Below the pieces are notes generated by a model that was not told where the DNA came from, made no database searches, and saw only the letters and a program-made list of their open reading frames with translations. A stretch of DNA of 64,000 nt, from IMG/VR virus record IMGVR_UViG_3300035698_007036, positions 55,537 through 119,536 of that record. One strand, written 5' to 3'. Positions 19,501 through 29,180 of this stretch are shown here, piece after piece. The position numbers and the translations under genes are program-made. The DNA is from a virus. Numbering within the stretch: the first letter of the stretch is position 1; the number at the start of each line of letters is the position of its first letter.

Positions 19501-21810
19501 GGGGCCATTGCCGCATGTTCTAATAATTTTCTATATGGTTATACTGTTATGCAGAAGAGGCCAGTATTTACCGGTTATGGTAATATAGGCACTTATGTCA
19601 ATGAGACCTACTATAATGCTATGAATTGGGATATGCCGCCGTTTGGTAATACTTACCGAGAGTATGTGGAAAGATTTTTTAGCACCGACAGAGTAACTTA
19701 CCAATCATCTGATGGAGGTGAGGTTACTTTTGTAGCTAAATGGCTACCTAAAGTAATGGATAACACTGATTTTAATTTTACATTCAATTCGTTTGGGTAC
19801 AAAAAATCAGAAGGTGCGTTTGAATTCATTAGCCAAATGAATTATATGAAATCCCCCGCCGTTAATGAGAAAGTAGATAAAGCCCGCCTCAGATTCGGAG
19901 ATGTTTTTGACATAAGAAAAGAAGGTAGGGTGGCGTATCCACCTCCTGTAATAGAGGACGATGAGCACTCAACTCCTTTTTATTGTTTTTATAAATTCAA
20001 AGAGGAAGATGTGTTATGGGCTTGGCAAGATTACTGGAAGTCTATAGAGAGAGAAGTTAGTGAAAATAAACTGGAGTTCGTTCAGTTGACCAACCCTGAG
20101 TATACTTTTGATATGTACAAAATAGAGCATAGAAAGTGTTTAGAGGAGGGAGAACATAATATAGTGTTCGGACCACCTGAAGTAGAGGAAGGAATACTAA
20201 TCAAATATCCATTTATACAGGTAGACGGTGGGCCCAAAAGATTTTTTGAAATAGATTACGATGATTACAATTCAGAATATGTAGACTGGAAAGATGAAAA
20301 CAGCGGAGGCAAAGATGCCTCTGGAGAAGAAGATGAATCAGAGGAAAAAAAGGATGGCCTAGTATATGAGCAAACTAGCGATCCCGATGTATGGTATGTA
20401 GATGATAATATGCTATATGATGTTGAAGCTAGCTCGTCCGAAGACGCATGTGAAGCAGTAGGTAGAGTTATAAAATTAGGTTATGACTCTCTAACTGAAG
20501 AATGGACAAAGGGGTATTATAATAGAGGTATAATAGCCAAAATTAAGAAGGATAGACTTAAATACATGCCACATGTTGTAAATGATTGGGAAGTAGCCTC
20601 TGTATCCCGCGATCCAACTATAGGCCTCGATCCTTGTGTAAATGAACACACTGATAAATATTGGGTCACTTCAGGTGTAGGCTTAGAATGGCAGGTTACT
20701 TTTGGAGAGGAGGGGTGCCCAGCAAATATAAGATTTTTTGGTTACAAAGGGTTGTATTCTTGCACTAAACAGAATGCTATCAAGCTTACTACCTCTAATG
20801 TCTGTATACCAGGCTATAAAGTAGAAGCTATAGTAGATTCCAATAGGATTGTATTGGCTGACAGACCTTATATATTACCATCTAATAAGGAATTGAGAGA
20901 GAAAAGATTTGAATTTTATCAAATATACGAGGATTTTGATATACTACCTAAATTGATGATTAACAAAGTGACTGACTTGACTGTAACCTTTACAGTTCCA
21001 ACAAGTTATTACGCCTGTATTTTTAAGACTAATGGGTTTAAGTTCTCTAGAGCCGAGTATGTAAGTGAAACTGAGATAATTAATGTATGGGAACGTAAGT
21101 ACACAGTTTCTAGAGGTAGTACCGGTGATTACAATCCTAATGGTACACTGGAGCCCATGAAGCCTAATTTCGGCTTTATTAATGGCGGCATATATTGGCC
21201 ACCATGGACGACTACTGTATCAGAAATAAATGCTGAAGATAAGTTGAGAAGTATAAATACTAGGGAATTTAATCCAGACGCGATCGATATAACTTCTAAT
21301 GATATACTGTCTTTAGAAGAAAGTATACAGAAAGAATTATATGAGGATGCGATTTCTTTAGAGGTGGATAACGGTTATAAGACTTATAATCATTTTGTAC
21401 CACCACAACTTTCAGGTTTTTTTGAAACTATAGGAGATGTCTATTTCAGTACTGCTGTTATGATAGTCGATGTCAAGACTATCCCATGGAAGAATCATTA
21501 TCTTACAACAACACATGAAGAAGTAGAGGTTTGGCAACCAAAAGGTCACCTTTTTGGTTGGAATGCCGACACTACTGTGGGAACTAGGTGCTTTGAGTTG
21601 GGTCCTGTAGAGCCTATATTTAAGGTCAGGTTTATACATCGACATGGGTCTTCCCTTCTTTATGAACCTTTAGGAGGGACATTAGAGTCTTATGCCGGAG
21701 TAACTAAGCTTAAGTATATAGTAAGTAAGGCTGTATCTAACGAGGCTAATAAAATAAAAAAACTGAACCATGGTCCTGATTCCTTTTCTAGCCCAGATTC
21801 TGTGACTTAA
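16525..21810 (+). CDS. Large hypothetical protein (1761 aa) with Cys-rich N-terminal region
   Basis: 5.3-kb ORF; about 18 Cys in the first ~310 aa; acidic and aromatic-rich; no family recognised. Confidence 0.8.
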   Translation: MSNCFLNSDNYWDCYMPYPGTNSEDIVSGLRMIPNIACQYWVKGLPGLCVNWNKTENKCSVEDGSPSGYAESYCDGVGRKSNCSQYDDAGLTDLDEYVCIAPCFERSGIGTQVEGASTVMLQAITASEILGYNEGKCDSMGMGRGQSGIGQSLENLIKMQRVCNYYRPYDMGFGFKEPQQLIKNSDGSINLTAMQAAVMDELAKRLPFHFKLYNLRAKSQKCAYWDQDYGSDFLVNTAGDGVILNATFDAGGKVRECTCTDSEAIPYNTRDLSAASLPILRRVWSSQANTIICNGAKPECPCYTGEWLYCIDVQMLSGMKITAEQMLELRFWTRNWSTQEEYDLYYEDLPGTNPNDPTTADIYTFEQWKRLDPINVEDSIMLGARVSMCQPVLPGAKYFDTSTFLEYDSITYPSLMTPVEFPDSKSKGTTTPNQVSFPTLVRDLNSETPSLLEIFYPYVVDDPFGKTFGCGQDLGSIPCIKRSCDAGGDSVSVVGVSVRNKTILGINLTRTNVKFDILNEYDSLSHYLLKNPEAESEFNHKIENFIGEVRRENIEDDLLYEETSDSFGSFKIGPVGLAYQEKNTIAVIVDLGSTNKHHYEFRKVDVWSQWYGGISLQSKYKREIETGDVVVDSDDLFISPSAEAEISMIPLKGDNPYNLTAGVQQCLPVSVNERMNALVQYDEYSYCIKKKTVTDLEVLDWLRVGNYGLVWIEILDSNLNYILDWEVVTAEVTKVHTDEFGVVITDETVEMEVVFPTGDHEQVNIPRNAVLIGPKDGKKRWFSSDGSQKITVDYYYTFFSTTDDIDTDEKIVWPTFDEGGDRFVKGEMVVESTVGDSFLSGEQFKIAGITTNTPQIACLFTSEDNALISLIATKLLINIPILRARPVEIKYSWTDSGSSYQLRPERSFAKELQSDKALGGATHNFVPYCGDHELTSLMNIGPMWYPFGACETFAAYNVYVNVAYCTLPIEDAPRNDMRARGPDEYYALFLGEGAIAACSNNFLYGYTVMQKRPVFTGYGNIGTYVNETYYNAMNWDMPPFGNTYREYVERFFSTDRVTYQSSDGGEVTFVAKWLPKVMDNTDFNFTFNSFGYKKSEGAFEFISQMNYMKSPAVNEKVDKARLRFGDVFDIRKEGRVAYPPPVIEDDEHSTPFYCFYKFKEEDVLWAWQDYWKSIEREVSENKLEFVQLTNPEYTFDMYKIEHRKCLEEGEHNIVFGPPEVEEGILIKYPFIQVDGGPKRFFEIDYDDYNSEYVDWKDENSGGKDASGEEDESEEKKDGLVYEQTSDPDVWYVDDNMLYDVEASSSEDACEAVGRVIKLGYDSLTEEWTKGYYNRGIIAKIKKDRLKYMPHVVNDWEVASVSRDPTIGLDPCVNEHTDKYWVTSGVGLEWQVTFGEEGCPANIRFFGYKGLYSCTKQNAIKLTTSNVCIPGYKVEAIVDSNRIVLADRPYILPSNKELREKRFEFYQIYEDFDILPKLMINKVTDLTVTFTVPTSYYACIFKTNGFKFSRAEYVSETEIINVWERKYTVSRGSTGDYNPNGTLEPMKPNFGFINGGIYWPPWTTTVSEINAEDKLRSINTREFNPDAIDITSNDILSLEESIQKELYEDAISLEVDNGYKTYNHFVPPQLSGFFETIGDVYFSTAVMIVDVKTIPWKNHYLTTTHEEVEVWQPKGHLFGWNADTTVGTRCFELGPVEPIFKVRFIHRHGSSLLYEPLGGTLESYAGVTKLKYIVSKAVSNEANKIKKLNHGPDSFSSPDSVT

Positions 21811-21823
21811 GGTGGTAAATTAA

Positions 21824-22225
21824 ATGATTGGTAATTTAGTAGATTTCATAAAATGTCCAGTATGTATAGAAGGTAGTATGAGACTCTCTGTAAAGAACAC
21901 CTTTGAGTCTTACGGGCAAGGATTTGATTTGGATGATATAGATAAATTAGAGGACGGTATGATAGAACAATATTGGGTTTTTGATTGCCTTAACTGCGGA
22001 GCCACGCAGCGATACAACTTTAGGGATATAGAGAGATTGGCCAGGAAAGAAATATCTAAACGAGTGTTAACTTTGAAAGCAGCAGGAGAATTGGGTACAA
22101 CTATAAATACTAAGGTCAAGTATCTAGTCTACTGCGGAGTTTGTAATGGCTATGACTCCAATGGGTCATGCCCACAAAAAGTATACGATAAGTGCCAATT
22201 AAGGAGGATGCCAGGTGGCCTATAA
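21824..22225 (+). CDS. Zinc-ribbon protein
   Basis: CPVC, CLNC, CGVC plus two more Cys; AAGGTGG RBS. Confidence 0.75.
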   Translation: MIGNLVDFIKCPVCIEGSMRLSVKNTFESYGQGFDLDDIDKLEDGMIEQYWVFDCLNCGATQRYNFRDIERLARKEISKRVLTLKAAGELGTTINTKVKYLVYCGVCNGYDSNGSCPQKVYDKCQLRRMPGGL

Positions 22226-25200
22226 TTTTATAAATGAAGCCTCTACTATAAAAGTGTCTACGTTGTGTTATCATGACAATACAGAGGGATATGCCTCTGA
22301 TTTTAGTGTCAATGGTGAGTTCAGCGATTGGGACTACTATAATGGTGTTCACACTTATGGATGTTGGGGAGGTTTTCTGTTCGGAACTCTTCATGGAACT
22401 TCTGGTTATATAGGTAGATACAATACATTTAATCCTGTGCCAGGTGAGGCATACTACTTCGTTAAGATAGCCATGAAATATAGTCCTGTAGAGAGCAGTG
22501 TGGCCTCTCAGGGCCGATTGATGTGGCGAACAATAGCTAACACCTCCTGGGGTGTTGACAAGCAAGAAGACTTTACTATATACGCTGACAATGAATGGCA
22601 TGTTTACACAATAAATATGGGTAATGCCCAATGGTGGCAGGGCGACATCAATGACTTACGTTTGTACCCTGCTCTTAACGGTAGAGCTGATGATAGTTTT
22701 TTTATAAAATATATAAAAATAGTTTCCACTGATACCTATAGATGTACTAATGGTGACTGCGACTACTACACAAGCTATGAGCACGATTGTCCTGGTGTTG
22801 GCACCAAAGGGGCGTGTACCTCCTCCCCTAATGAATCTGACTACTACACTGTTGGTGGCACTCTTGTAGTTAATATAAATGGTTATGGTCAGGAGAACAT
22901 ACAAATAGCTACTATGGTAGATGCTACAGGTCTACAGGTGGCTAAAGTTTTAGGCCAGTCTATATCTGGATTAGACATAGGTGGTTATGCTGAGGTGGAT
23001 GTAACTTACAATGAGGATAAAACGTTAACAATATACTCTGGTACATATGGGGCATCTAGTTCAGTGGATGTTGAGGACTCGGACACAGCCAAAGCTCTTG
23101 GATTCGATACTACTACAAAAATTGTAGGAACTGATTCTTCTTCTGGGTACCTACCTCGTTGTTCTTTTTCGCTTAAAACCTACCAGTTATACGATATATT
23201 CGATACAAATGATGATACAAACTTTATTTTCGATCCCAAACTTAATAACATAGAGGGAGGTAGAAGAGATGTTTTGGATAGTGGTTTAGGTACCGCAGAA
23301 CTTTCGTCTTCAAGTACCGGAGTTACTTCCAGAAGCTACACAAAAATTTCTAACTATGGCAAAACCATAATAGACTTCAGTAATCCGTTTAATGCTAGTG
23401 GTAGAATTAACAAGATAATGGCGGCCTGTACATTGACCATTGATGGAGGCACAGCCACTAGTTGTAAATTTAAAATATTTAGACCTACTAAGGATGGCAC
23501 TTTACGTTATATTACTTATGTGGATATACCCAATAGGGAGAGTGGCAGCACCTTACAATCAAGTAGCCAGGAATTTGTTTCTGTGGATTGTGATGTTATA
23601 GTAAATAAGGGCGATTTTTTAGGCATCTATAACGCCGATGTTTATGTAGGAAAGCATAAAGCTGGGGATGTGGATGCATTCTATACCCAAGTGTCAGGGG
23701 ACGTAGTAACTGATGTGATCAGTTATTCCACTTTAGGTGACGGAACAGCCGGATTTTCCATGTACGCTTGTGGTAATCAAAAACAGAATAGGATAACTTT
23801 GGATCTTGATTTGGGGGCTAGATATAATTTAAATAGTGTAGTTATAGATGGAGAAGTAACCTCAGACTATTTAGAGTACAATATAGCACGATGTAAGGAT
23901 GTAACTTGGAAGTTTGATACTTTCGGACTAACCCACACCACCGGTTATTGGGATGATTTACACGGTTATGGTGTTAGTTATACAAACCCTAATGCTGGTT
24001 ATGGGTTAAGCAGTCTTACAGATGGTATATTTGTTGTTGAGAATAATACAGCTGCAGATAGTTATGTTGTACAGACCGGAGATGATAAAGAAGGGGTTAT
24101 ACCCACTAACCCTAAATACTTTTTTTGTAATGGAGACGGTGAGTGGCTGTCCACACTTATGTTTACCGCAACATGGCAAATTGATCCATATATAGAAGAA
24201 TTTGAACACGATCCTGTAGCATTTTACATTGAGTTCCCTAACATGGTAGAGAAAGAAATATCTAGGTCTAAGATATATTTTAAGGAACCACAGAATTTTA
24301 GAAATTTTGGGTTGTCTTACTTGAGTGACACGGCAGGCCTATATGGCAATTCCGATGACAAACAATACACTTACATACCAGAGTACGTAGCAGTTACACT
24401 TAACGGATTAAGATACCACGATGGTATGTCTCTTTATTCTAATGTTGAGCCGTATTTGTTTAATAACCCGTGTACAGGGGAGCCTGAAATGACTTTTCCA
24501 GCCGCTTGGGTTGAAGGCAGTAGTGCCACTGTAACTAACGGTGATGAATACCAGGCATCAACCATGTGCGAATGGACCACTATAGAGCATGAATGGGATC
24601 CAGTAGTCTGTAAAGGTTTCAGAGTTTATTGTAATTTCCACAAGTCCACTAAAGTAACAGAGATGGAATTGTACTGTAGAACTGATGATGTAGGCTCAAG
24701 TTTAGCCGGTAGTACGTCACTTTTGTTTTCTAATTACGGAGACCATTGGACAGAGGCGAGTATGCTTCAGAATGGGCAAGAATCTGTAGAGGCCGTTATA
24801 GGGGATACCCCGAGATACTTTGTTTTGGATATAGAGCCTATAACTACTGTGAGACTAAAGAATGTAGTATTTAATATAGACAAAGAAGCGGGTTATGTAG
24901 GTAGTAAGGGGTGTGATTACGATGTATATTCAGGTGATGCCCGCCTTGGGGAGACTGGGTCTTCACAAATAGTCACTTTGAAAAATGTTTATGGAAGCCC
25001 TTATGATTTGTATGCTAACATTGCTCAAAAGAGCTTGAAGGAGTCTGGTTTAATTTTCCATAGTAGACTAAATGATGATGCTGCCGTAACGAATCCAATA
25101 ATAGGTGCTGATGCTAAATATAAAAAGGCGTCAGTCAGTCATGAGCTGATGGGAGTACAGAATAACTGTGCTATAAATTGTATAACTTATGGTCTTGGCA

Positions 25201-28200
25201 ATTTAATGGATGGTGCCAGGACTTTTTTTTCTAACGACGATGGACAAACTATAATTTATAACGGGACTGTGTCAGGTACAGACTCGATGGATTTCACTAA
25301 CATAAATACTGGGTCATTAACTACAGTGACTTTACCTACTACTTACAGGGATAGATATTGGAGATTTTATGCTCCATGGTCAGCTTTAGATATAAGCATA
25401 AGAGAGATTCAGGTTTTTGATGCTGATGGTGCTATTTATACTAATGTTACATGGTACTATGATTCCGGTGATCCGACTAATGTACCGATTTCCACATCAG
25501 CTCCTCATTTGACCAATGGTTCTTTGACTGGAAGTTACTATACCATTTCTGAGGGATTGTTCATAACAGTAGACCTTGGTGTTTCTACCACTATAAAGGA
25601 AGTGAGACTTTTTCACGAACCAGTTGCTGGTTATACTACCACGGTTGACCAAGCTGGTATAGATGATAGGGTGGTAATGTACATAGCTGGTGGAGATGGA
25701 ACGTCTGGTCATATTTTTTCTGATGAAAGTTATTATACACATTCACTTAATACGAACAACGGTGCTGTTAGCACCCCTATGGTAGGTTCTTTTTCTTCTG
25801 GGGCTATAGAGTTTACAGGTTCAGAATATTTAAAGTTTAATACAAGTGATGAGTGGCGACTTAATTTAGATATATACGATATAAGTGTAAGAGCTCGTTT
25901 TACATCACTACCTTTAGATGGAGAAGATGCTTGTTTTGTGGAGGGTACCTCTGCTGGAGAATACAAAGCATGGAAGTTTTGTTTAAGAAATGTCTCTGGT
26001 GTCTACTATTTGTCTTTTTATGAAAACAATTCTTTAAAACAAAACGCTGTTTGGACTCCTACTCTAAATACTTGGTACACATTGAAGGCCAGAAGAACCC
26101 CAGGTACTGGCAATCTTTACGTTGATGGTGCCTCTGTGTATTCGGCATCGGTCACAATAGTTAACATAAATACAGGTGTATATGTTTATGTTGGTAGGGG
26201 TTTTGATGGTCACATGGAAGAGCTTAGGGTTGGTAGAGAAGTAAATCGTTCCAATACCCCTCCAACTGTCAAATATGAAACATTTCTTAGACTCGATGTT
26301 TACACAAGTGCTGATGATGTAACTTACGCACTGCACTCTCAGAACAGTTTGGCATTTAATGGGCTTTCAAGTGAGTTAACCACAGGGGGAGTAGCTGCCG
26401 GGGGAACCAATCCGTATAATGCGTATGACAACAATGCTTCCACTGAGACCCAGTGGGGTGGTGGGTCAGGAGTTAGAACGTCTACTTATACGTTCTCTTC
26501 TCCACAAGAAATAGATTTTATAAGAGTAAGAGGTTCATATTACCCTTTTTACATTTATGGTTTCACACCTGAAGGTAATTCCTATTTATTGATAACTAGT
26601 AATGGTGGTAATAATACGTGGATCACGTTCTCTTTTGTTAGTTATGAGGCATACAGTTATATTTATTACAGGACTCAAATTTCTCAGTATTCGAATTCCT
26701 TAGATGAGATTCAGTGTTTTAAAAAGAACGATAGGTCTAATAGTACATTTATGTCTATCTATTACTCTTATTTTTATGTTGATTTAAATTATAGAAAAGC
26801 CTTATACCTTATTAGAAGTTGGGGAGCAGCCGATGCAGCGGATGTTTCTCTAACTGAAAATGTAGAGTACTCTACAGATATTACATCAGATGTTAATTCA
26901 GTAGTCTTTAATAGTAGTGAAACAGACGAGGTTAGATGGTTAAGAATAGCTATACCTAATACCAGTATTAACCGTACTATTCGAAAGCTGGGGATCTACC
27001 CCGATATAAGAAAATCTGTTGTTTATGGTCATTATAATTGTACTTGGCATGACTTAGGCACCGCTTTAACAGACTACGGTACTGGTACCAATGCTGCTTT
27101 AAACAAGACTGTAACTTCGTCAAGTCAATTCGGGGATTTGGGACCTGAAAGAGTAACTGATGGGGTTATAGGCGATACCATTTCCTACGCGTTTCTTTCC
27201 GGATATGAGACAGCTCCTTGGGTAAAAATAGATTTAGAGGAGGCTATGGATATATATAGATTCAAGTGTTATTTTGGTTACGATAGTTCTGATACTAGTT
27301 ACTTGATTACAAGTTATACAATAGCAACTTCATTGGATGATAGTGCTTGGACTACAAGATTTAGTATATCCGGCAATACTGAATTAGAAAGAACACATGA
27401 TCTCACTAGTAGTATATCAGTGAGGTATGTTAAATTGACCATTACTGGTTATAATAACACCTCAGTACTTATGTATTTATCTTCAGGAGATTACGAGTAT
27501 TTTAAAGGTACAGTTGTTAGAGAGTTAGAGGTATATGCTGATTACGGTGCTTCTTATATAAGTAGTAATGACTGGCCTATACTAATAACTAATTTAAATG
27601 ACCAATTTTATTTAAAAAGCCACTCTGTAGTTGGAATAGATTCACAAAGTACTACTGACGACTGGAGCAACATCGACTCTAATTTTTCATATTCTGATGT
27701 TGTTAGTGCTAACCCTAACATGGCAACCTTTGGTGACTGGGGAGATGCTCCGGTATATGATCAATGGGTAGCTGTAAAGAATACTACGGCTAGTTACTAC
27801 GATAGTGGGCCAAAATATATAAAGCATCTTGTTGTTGAAAACAGTCAAGGCTTAAGTTCATGTGAGTATAGTTGGTGGTGGAGATCATCTCTAAGCACAC
27901 TATCAAATGACCATATGTATGTTAAGGAGTCTGCACGATCTTTAAAAATAGAATATCCCACAAGCTCTGGGGTGGATAATATATCATTAATAGAAGGTGA
28001 TTATTTTGGAGTTGATGCTCAAGCAGGAGTAAGAGACGGCATGCGGTTGTGGCTTCATATTGACGACATAAACAATCTTGATACTGAATACGGTTATTTC
28101 TATTTCGGCAATGAAGAGACTCCGGTGGTATACAAATGGAACATAAAAACTTTTTATGACGCCGGAGCGTTAAGTACGGGTTGGAATAGTTTGTTTCTGC

Positions 28201-29180
28201 GATTTAAAGATTATGACGATATAGATTACACCAATTCACAAGATCCATATACTGTAGATGTTAGAGTACCAAGTACTATAAATTGGAAGTCCATAGGACT
28301 AGCTTTCAGGGGGGTGGGCACCGCACTGACTATGAGAATAGAGGGGTTTACTTTGTTAAAGAATAAATTCCTAGACAGAGGCTACTACAATTATGGCCTG
28401 TATCTTTTACAGAATGACACACTGACTATAAATATGAGCGAGTTAAGTCTAAGTGAAGGAACTATAGAGTTTGTAATTAGGCCTGATTATGATCCTAATG
28501 GACGAGGTTATTTCAATGTTTTTAAACTGAGAAGCCTTTTTGCTATGTGGAATTTGGCTAAAGACTTTTTCGGGGCATATATTTACGGAGGAAATTTAGT
28601 TATTTACTTCGGGAACCTAAATGGCAGCCTTACTTTTTTTGAAACCCCTGTGGCGGACTATTGGGAAAGGGATGACATAGTTCATATAGGTATAACTTGG
28701 TCCAATAACGGTTCAGCTATATCTTCGGACAGCAGTACTGTCCAAGTTTATGTTTATGGTGAGTTACAGAGTAGGTTGTTTGATACCTGGGAAGTGAATG
28801 AGGATAAGAAGGTTAATTTCACATTAGGGGGTAAGCCTCCGATTGCGGTTTCTCAGAACTATTCTGTGGATATCTCATCTATAGACTCGGTGGTTTCTGA
28901 ACTACGTATTTACAACTATTGTAAAACTAATTTTGATGACACTCTATACGATGTGTTTAATGCCCAAGGAAATCTGGAAGATCCTAGTCAATTTATTGAG
29001 ATATCAAAAGATAATCTAACCTTCTATAAAGTAGGAAATACGTCATTGCCTCTGTTTTGGGATGATGTGCCAGACGGTACTGCGGTTTCTCTTTATGTTA
29101 GAACTGTTTTACCTAGAGCCCTAACAGGAAAAGAGTTAAGAACTGCAGGAATAATAGTCAGTTGGGATGTGGGGGTATAA
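22215..29180 (+). CDS. Giant multi-lectin virion protein (CBM-like, LamG/ConA-like, F5/8 discoidin-like domains), 2321 aa
   Basis: GTG start with AAGGAGG; WHVYTINM...WQGDINDLRLYP (CBM-like); TWYTL...LYVDG...FDGHMEELRV and EGTIEF...HIGITW...SELRIYN (LamG); NAALNKTVTSSS...WVKIDLEE...VRYVKLTI...VRELEVY (discoidin). Confidence 0.8.
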   Translation: MAYNFINEASTIKVSTLCYHDNTEGYASDFSVNGEFSDWDYYNGVHTYGCWGGFLFGTLHGTSGYIGRYNTFNPVPGEAYYFVKIAMKYSPVESSVASQGRLMWRTIANTSWGVDKQEDFTIYADNEWHVYTINMGNAQWWQGDINDLRLYPALNGRADDSFFIKYIKIVSTDTYRCTNGDCDYYTSYEHDCPGVGTKGACTSSPNESDYYTVGGTLVVNINGYGQENIQIATMVDATGLQVAKVLGQSISGLDIGGYAEVDVTYNEDKTLTIYSGTYGASSSVDVEDSDTAKALGFDTTTKIVGTDSSSGYLPRCSFSLKTYQLYDIFDTNDDTNFIFDPKLNNIEGGRRDVLDSGLGTAELSSSSTGVTSRSYTKISNYGKTIIDFSNPFNASGRINKIMAACTLTIDGGTATSCKFKIFRPTKDGTLRYITYVDIPNRESGSTLQSSSQEFVSVDCDVIVNKGDFLGIYNADVYVGKHKAGDVDAFYTQVSGDVVTDVISYSTLGDGTAGFSMYACGNQKQNRITLDLDLGARYNLNSVVIDGEVTSDYLEYNIARCKDVTWKFDTFGLTHTTGYWDDLHGYGVSYTNPNAGYGLSSLTDGIFVVENNTAADSYVVQTGDDKEGVIPTNPKYFFCNGDGEWLSTLMFTATWQIDPYIEEFEHDPVAFYIEFPNMVEKEISRSKIYFKEPQNFRNFGLSYLSDTAGLYGNSDDKQYTYIPEYVAVTLNGLRYHDGMSLYSNVEPYLFNNPCTGEPEMTFPAAWVEGSSATVTNGDEYQASTMCEWTTIEHEWDPVVCKGFRVYCNFHKSTKVTEMELYCRTDDVGSSLAGSTSLLFSNYGDHWTEASMLQNGQESVEAVIGDTPRYFVLDIEPITTVRLKNVVFNIDKEAGYVGSKGCDYDVYSGDARLGETGSSQIVTLKNVYGSPYDLYANIAQKSLKESGLIFHSRLNDDAAVTNPIIGADAKYKKASVSHELMGVQNNCAINCITYGLGNLMDGARTFFSNDDGQTIIYNGTVSGTDSMDFTNINTGSLTTVTLPTTYRDRYWRFYAPWSALDISIREIQVFDADGAIYTNVTWYYDSGDPTNVPISTSAPHLTNGSLTGSYYTISEGLFITVDLGVSTTIKEVRLFHEPVAGYTTTVDQAGIDDRVVMYIAGGDGTSGHIFSDESYYTHSLNTNNGAVSTPMVGSFSSGAIEFTGSEYLKFNTSDEWRLNLDIYDISVRARFTSLPLDGEDACFVEGTSAGEYKAWKFCLRNVSGVYYLSFYENNSLKQNAVWTPTLNTWYTLKARRTPGTGNLYVDGASVYSASVTIVNINTGVYVYVGRGFDGHMEELRVGREVNRSNTPPTVKYETFLRLDVYTSADDVTYALHSQNSLAFNGLSSELTTGGVAAGGTNPYNAYDNNASTETQWGGGSGVRTSTYTFSSPQEIDFIRVRGSYYPFYIYGFTPEGNSYLLITSNGGNNTWITFSFVSYEAYSYIYYRTQISQYSNSLDEIQCFKKNDRSNSTFMSIYYSYFYVDLNYRKALYLIRSWGAADAADVSLTENVEYSTDITSDVNSVVFNSSETDEVRWLRIAIPNTSINRTIRKLGIYPDIRKSVVYGHYNCTWHDLGTALTDYGTGTNAALNKTVTSSSQFGDLGPERVTDGVIGDTISYAFLSGYETAPWVKIDLEEAMDIYRFKCYFGYDSSDTSYLITSYTIATSLDDSAWTTRFSISGNTELERTHDLTSSISVRYVKLTITGYNNTSVLMYLSSGDYEYFKGTVVRELEVYADYGASYISSNDWPILITNLNDQFYLKSHSVVGIDSQSTTDDWSNIDSNFSYSDVVSANPNMATFGDWGDAPVYDQWVAVKNTTASYYDSGPKYIKHLVVENSQGLSSCEYSWWWRSSLSTLSNDHMYVKESARSLKIEYPTSSGVDNISLIEGDYFGVDAQAGVRDGMRLWLHIDDINNLDTEYGYFYFGNEETPVVYKWNIKTFYDAGALSTGWNSLFLRFKDYDDIDYTNSQDPYTVDVRVPSTINWKSIGLAFRGVGTALTMRIEGFTLLKNKFLDRGYYNYGLYLLQNDTLTINMSELSLSEGTIEFVIRPDYDPNGRGYFNVFKLRSLFAMWNLAKDFFGAYIYGGNLVIYFGNLNGSLTFFETPVADYWERDDIVHIGITWSNNGSAISSDSSTVQVYVYGELQSRLFDTWEVNEDKKVNFTLGGKPPIAVSQNYSVDISSIDSVVSELRIYNYCKTNFDDTLYDVFNAQGNLEDPSQFIEISKDNLTFYKVGNTSLPLFWDDVPDGTAVSLYVRTVLPRALTGKELRTAGIIVSWDVGV

